Shown here one piece after another: positions 36,277 through 38,346 of a stretch of 38,346 bases of DNA. Made by a program: the position numbers and the translations under genes. Below the pieces are notes generated by a model. That model saw nothing but the letters and a program-made list of their open reading frames with translations. It had not been told where the DNA came from and did no database searches. The stretch's first letter is position 1. Each line of letters begins with the position of its first letter. This DNA is from Vitrella brassicaformis CCMP3155 (Eukaryota > Protista > Chromerida): assembly GCA_001179505.1 (NCBI GenBank), contig CDMY01000633.1, positions 1 to 38,346 on the forward strand, in the 5' to 3' direction.

Positions 36277-38005
36277 AAGAGACGGACAAATGGATGGACA
36301 CAGCACATGTGTGTGTGTATGTGTGGTGTGTGTGTTGGTCAGGGTGACATAACGCTGCGAGCCAACTGCTGGTACCCCTCTGCAGAGGAGGACATGATCC
36401 GGCACCTGCTGCTGTCCCAGTCCAACAAGCAGCAGGTGTCGGCCTTCCTGCTGTCGGACAAGGAGCGCACCACCAAGACGCCCCCCACCTACATCCGCCG
36501 CACCGAGTTCAGCTACGCCTTCCAGGAGCTGGTCGACACGTACGGCATCCCCCGCTACCAGGAGGCCAACCCCGGGCTCTTCACCATCATCACTTTCCCA
36601 TTCCTCTTCGGCGTCATGTACGGCGACATCGGACACGGCGCCTGCGTCCTGCTCTTCGGCATGTACCTGCTCATCTTCGCCGACTCCCTCAAGCGGGGCG
36701 ACGGGCCGCTCAAGGGCATGGTGGCCGCCAGATACATGATCGCCCTCATGGGCTTCTTCGCCACATACGCCGGGTTCATCTACAACGACTTCTTGAGCAT
36801 CGGCTTCGTCCTCGCACCCAGCCACTTCAAAGAGCCACCGGGGGTACACCATGGCGGCGGCGAGCACGGTGGCGGCGAGGAGGGCGGCGGGGCGTCCCAG
36901 ACGCAGTTTGTCGAGTGGCAGATCGACCCGAGCAGCAAGCCGACGCCGTTCGGTCTGGATTGGGCGTGGAAGGGGGCGCAGAACGAGTTGCTGTTCCTCA
37001 ACTCGTACAAGATGAAGTTTGCGGTGCTGGTGGGGGTGGCGCAGATGGGCCTGGGGGTGGTCCTCAAGGCATTCAACACCATACACTTCGCCAAACCGCT
37101 GGACTTCTTCTTCGAGTGAGAAAGAGAAGCAAGAGCCACACACACATGGAGCGGCATACACATGCAGATTGACATCGGTGACTTTCCTGTGTTGTGTTGT
37201 TAGGTTCGTGCCGCAGATCATCTTCCTGGTGGCGTTGTTCGGGTACATGGACTTCATGATCGTGTTCAAGTGGATGACCCCCGGCCCCCTCCAGGCGGAC
37301 CTCGACCCCTCCGTCAAGGCCGTCAACAAGCCGGGCCTCATCAACACCATGATCAACATGTGCCTCGCACCCATGAAGGGCTCCGCCATCGACCCCAGCG
37401 AGCAGCTCTTCGGCGGCCAGGAGACCATCCAGAACATCCTCCTCATCCTCTGTGCCATCTCCATCCCGGTGATGCTGTTCCCCAAGCCGATCGGGCTGCT
37501 GATCTGGCACAAGATGCACCCGCCCCGCACAGTGCACCATGACGACGGCGACGACGAGGAGCGGGGGGAGGGCGAGCACCACGACGATGACGAGGAGGAC
37601 GAGCATGAGCACTTCAACTTCAGCGAGGAGTTCATCCACCAGGTCATCGAGACCATCGAGTACGTCCTGGGGACCATCTCCAACACCGCCAGCTACCTCC
37701 GCCTGTGGGCCCTCTCCCTGGCGCACCAGCAGCTGGCCCTGGTCTTCTTCGAGAAGGCCATCCTGGGCTTCATCGAGAGCGACGCCAACGTGGTGCTGCG
37801 AGCCGTGGAGCTCTTCTTCGGCTTCGCGGTGTTTGCGGCCATCACTTTCGGGGTGCTGCTGTGTATGGACGTGCTCGAGTGTTTCCTGCACGCCCTGCGG
37901 CTGCAGTGGGTGGAGTTCCAGAACAAATTCTACAAGGGAGACGGATACAAGTTCGCCCCCTTCAACCACAAGGCCATCCTCAGCACCGGAGAGGGAGACC
38001 TCTGA
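35083..38005 (+). CDS. VHA-a: V-type H+-ATPase V0 subunit a, about 869 aa, 4 exons
   Basis: Exons 35083-35796, 35906-36226, 36343-37115, 37204-38005 (2610 nt). MGILRSDTM start, YQEANP, FPFLFGVMYGDIGHG, SNTASYLRLWALSLAH (essential Arg), LHALRLQWVEFQNKFY. Confidence 0.98.
36234..36275. repeat. Compound (AC)n(AG)n microsatellite in V-ATPase intron 2
   Basis: Directly visible; representative of the simple repeats found in most introns of the window. Confidence 0.9.
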
Positions 38006-38135
38006 CACACAACACTGACACCCTACACACACAGTGACAATGGCGGTACAGTACAGACACACACGGAGGAGACAGACGAATGCAAACGCCCCAATGCACT
38101 GCACCCATATCTCTCCATTGTGGGCATGGTGTCAG

Positions 38136-38317
38136 TCAGTGACCTACCACACCTGCATCAATCCAATCGGCGATGGAAACCTCTTCCTTTGCGGATGTTT
38201 CTTTTTTCGCCGCCGCCCGCCAGATGATGATGCTGCCCGACCGCTTCTTTGGGTGCGTGGCCTGGCCGCTGAGTGCTGTTGTCGGATTGCCTGCCCGCCC
38301 GCCCGCCCGCCTGCTGG
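38136..38317 (-). CDS. Possible terminal exon of a minus-strand gene whose 5' part would lie at the window start
   Basis: Acceptor-like ttacttatacAG inside the terminal repeat, followed by coding-like sequence. More than one frame is open, so the frame is undetermined. Confidence 0.25.
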
Positions 38318-38346
38318 CTGTATAAGTAACCAAGTGCCAATTCACC
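38276..38346. repeat. Terminal direct repeat, right copy (71 bp, identical to 1-71)
   Basis: Exact match to positions 1-71. Confidence 0.97.

Noticed and set aside
37536-37620. His/Asp/Glu-rich loop in V-ATPase subunit a
   Set aside because: This cytoplasmic loop is variable and commonly His/acid-rich in a-subunits.
25400-38005. Functional gene cluster linking tryptophan synthase, FHIT and V-ATPase
   Set aside because: No shared pathway that I can support; no other Trp biosynthesis gene is in the window.
34999-38104. Long minus-strand ORFs 34999-35898, 36202-37686 and 37073-38104
   Set aside because: Antisense shadows of the V-ATPase exons caused by strong GC3 bias; no motifs. The same applies to 2863-3489 and most short ORFs in the track, many of which start at GTG/TTG or run through intronic microsatellites.
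1-38346. Virus, plasmid, Polinton or transposon reading of the terminal repeat
   Set aside because: No capsid, integrase, transposase, polymerase or Rep-like ORF recognised; the genes are spliceosomal-intron-rich nuclear genes.

Overview
Eukaryotic nuclear DNA, GC-rich and gene-dense, with short (about 58-130 bp) introns full of (GT)n, (GACA)n and (GATG)n microsatellites. Intron style and the form of the V-ATPase subunit suggest a chromerid alveolate like Vitrella brassicaformis (inference, not database-confirmed). I spliced 12 loci by hand, checking GT/GC-AG boundaries and intron phase; none is transcript-verified. They alternate strictly in strand as six head-to-head pairs: ankyrin+RING (-) / coiled-coil low-complexity protein (+); atypical P-loop GTPase-like protein (-) / ARM-like+UIM+RING copy A (+); small hypothetical (-) / coiled-coil protein (+); probable pseudogene (-) / 215-aa hypothetical (+); fused alpha-beta tryptophan synthase (-) / FHIT (+); ARM-like+UIM+RING copy B (-) / V-ATPase subunit a (+). 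Notable structure: (1) the first and last 71 bp are identical, so the contig is circular, a tandem unit, or an assembly loop; (2) the two ARM-RING paralogs face each other, with diverged 5' halves and an approximately 2.3 kb near-identical 3' tract that includes introns; (3) the C-terminal parts of all three RING genes are runs of symmetric phase-2 exons, and each RING has an unusually long insert. No rRNA, tRNA, CRISPR, transposase or viral hallmark gene was recognised.
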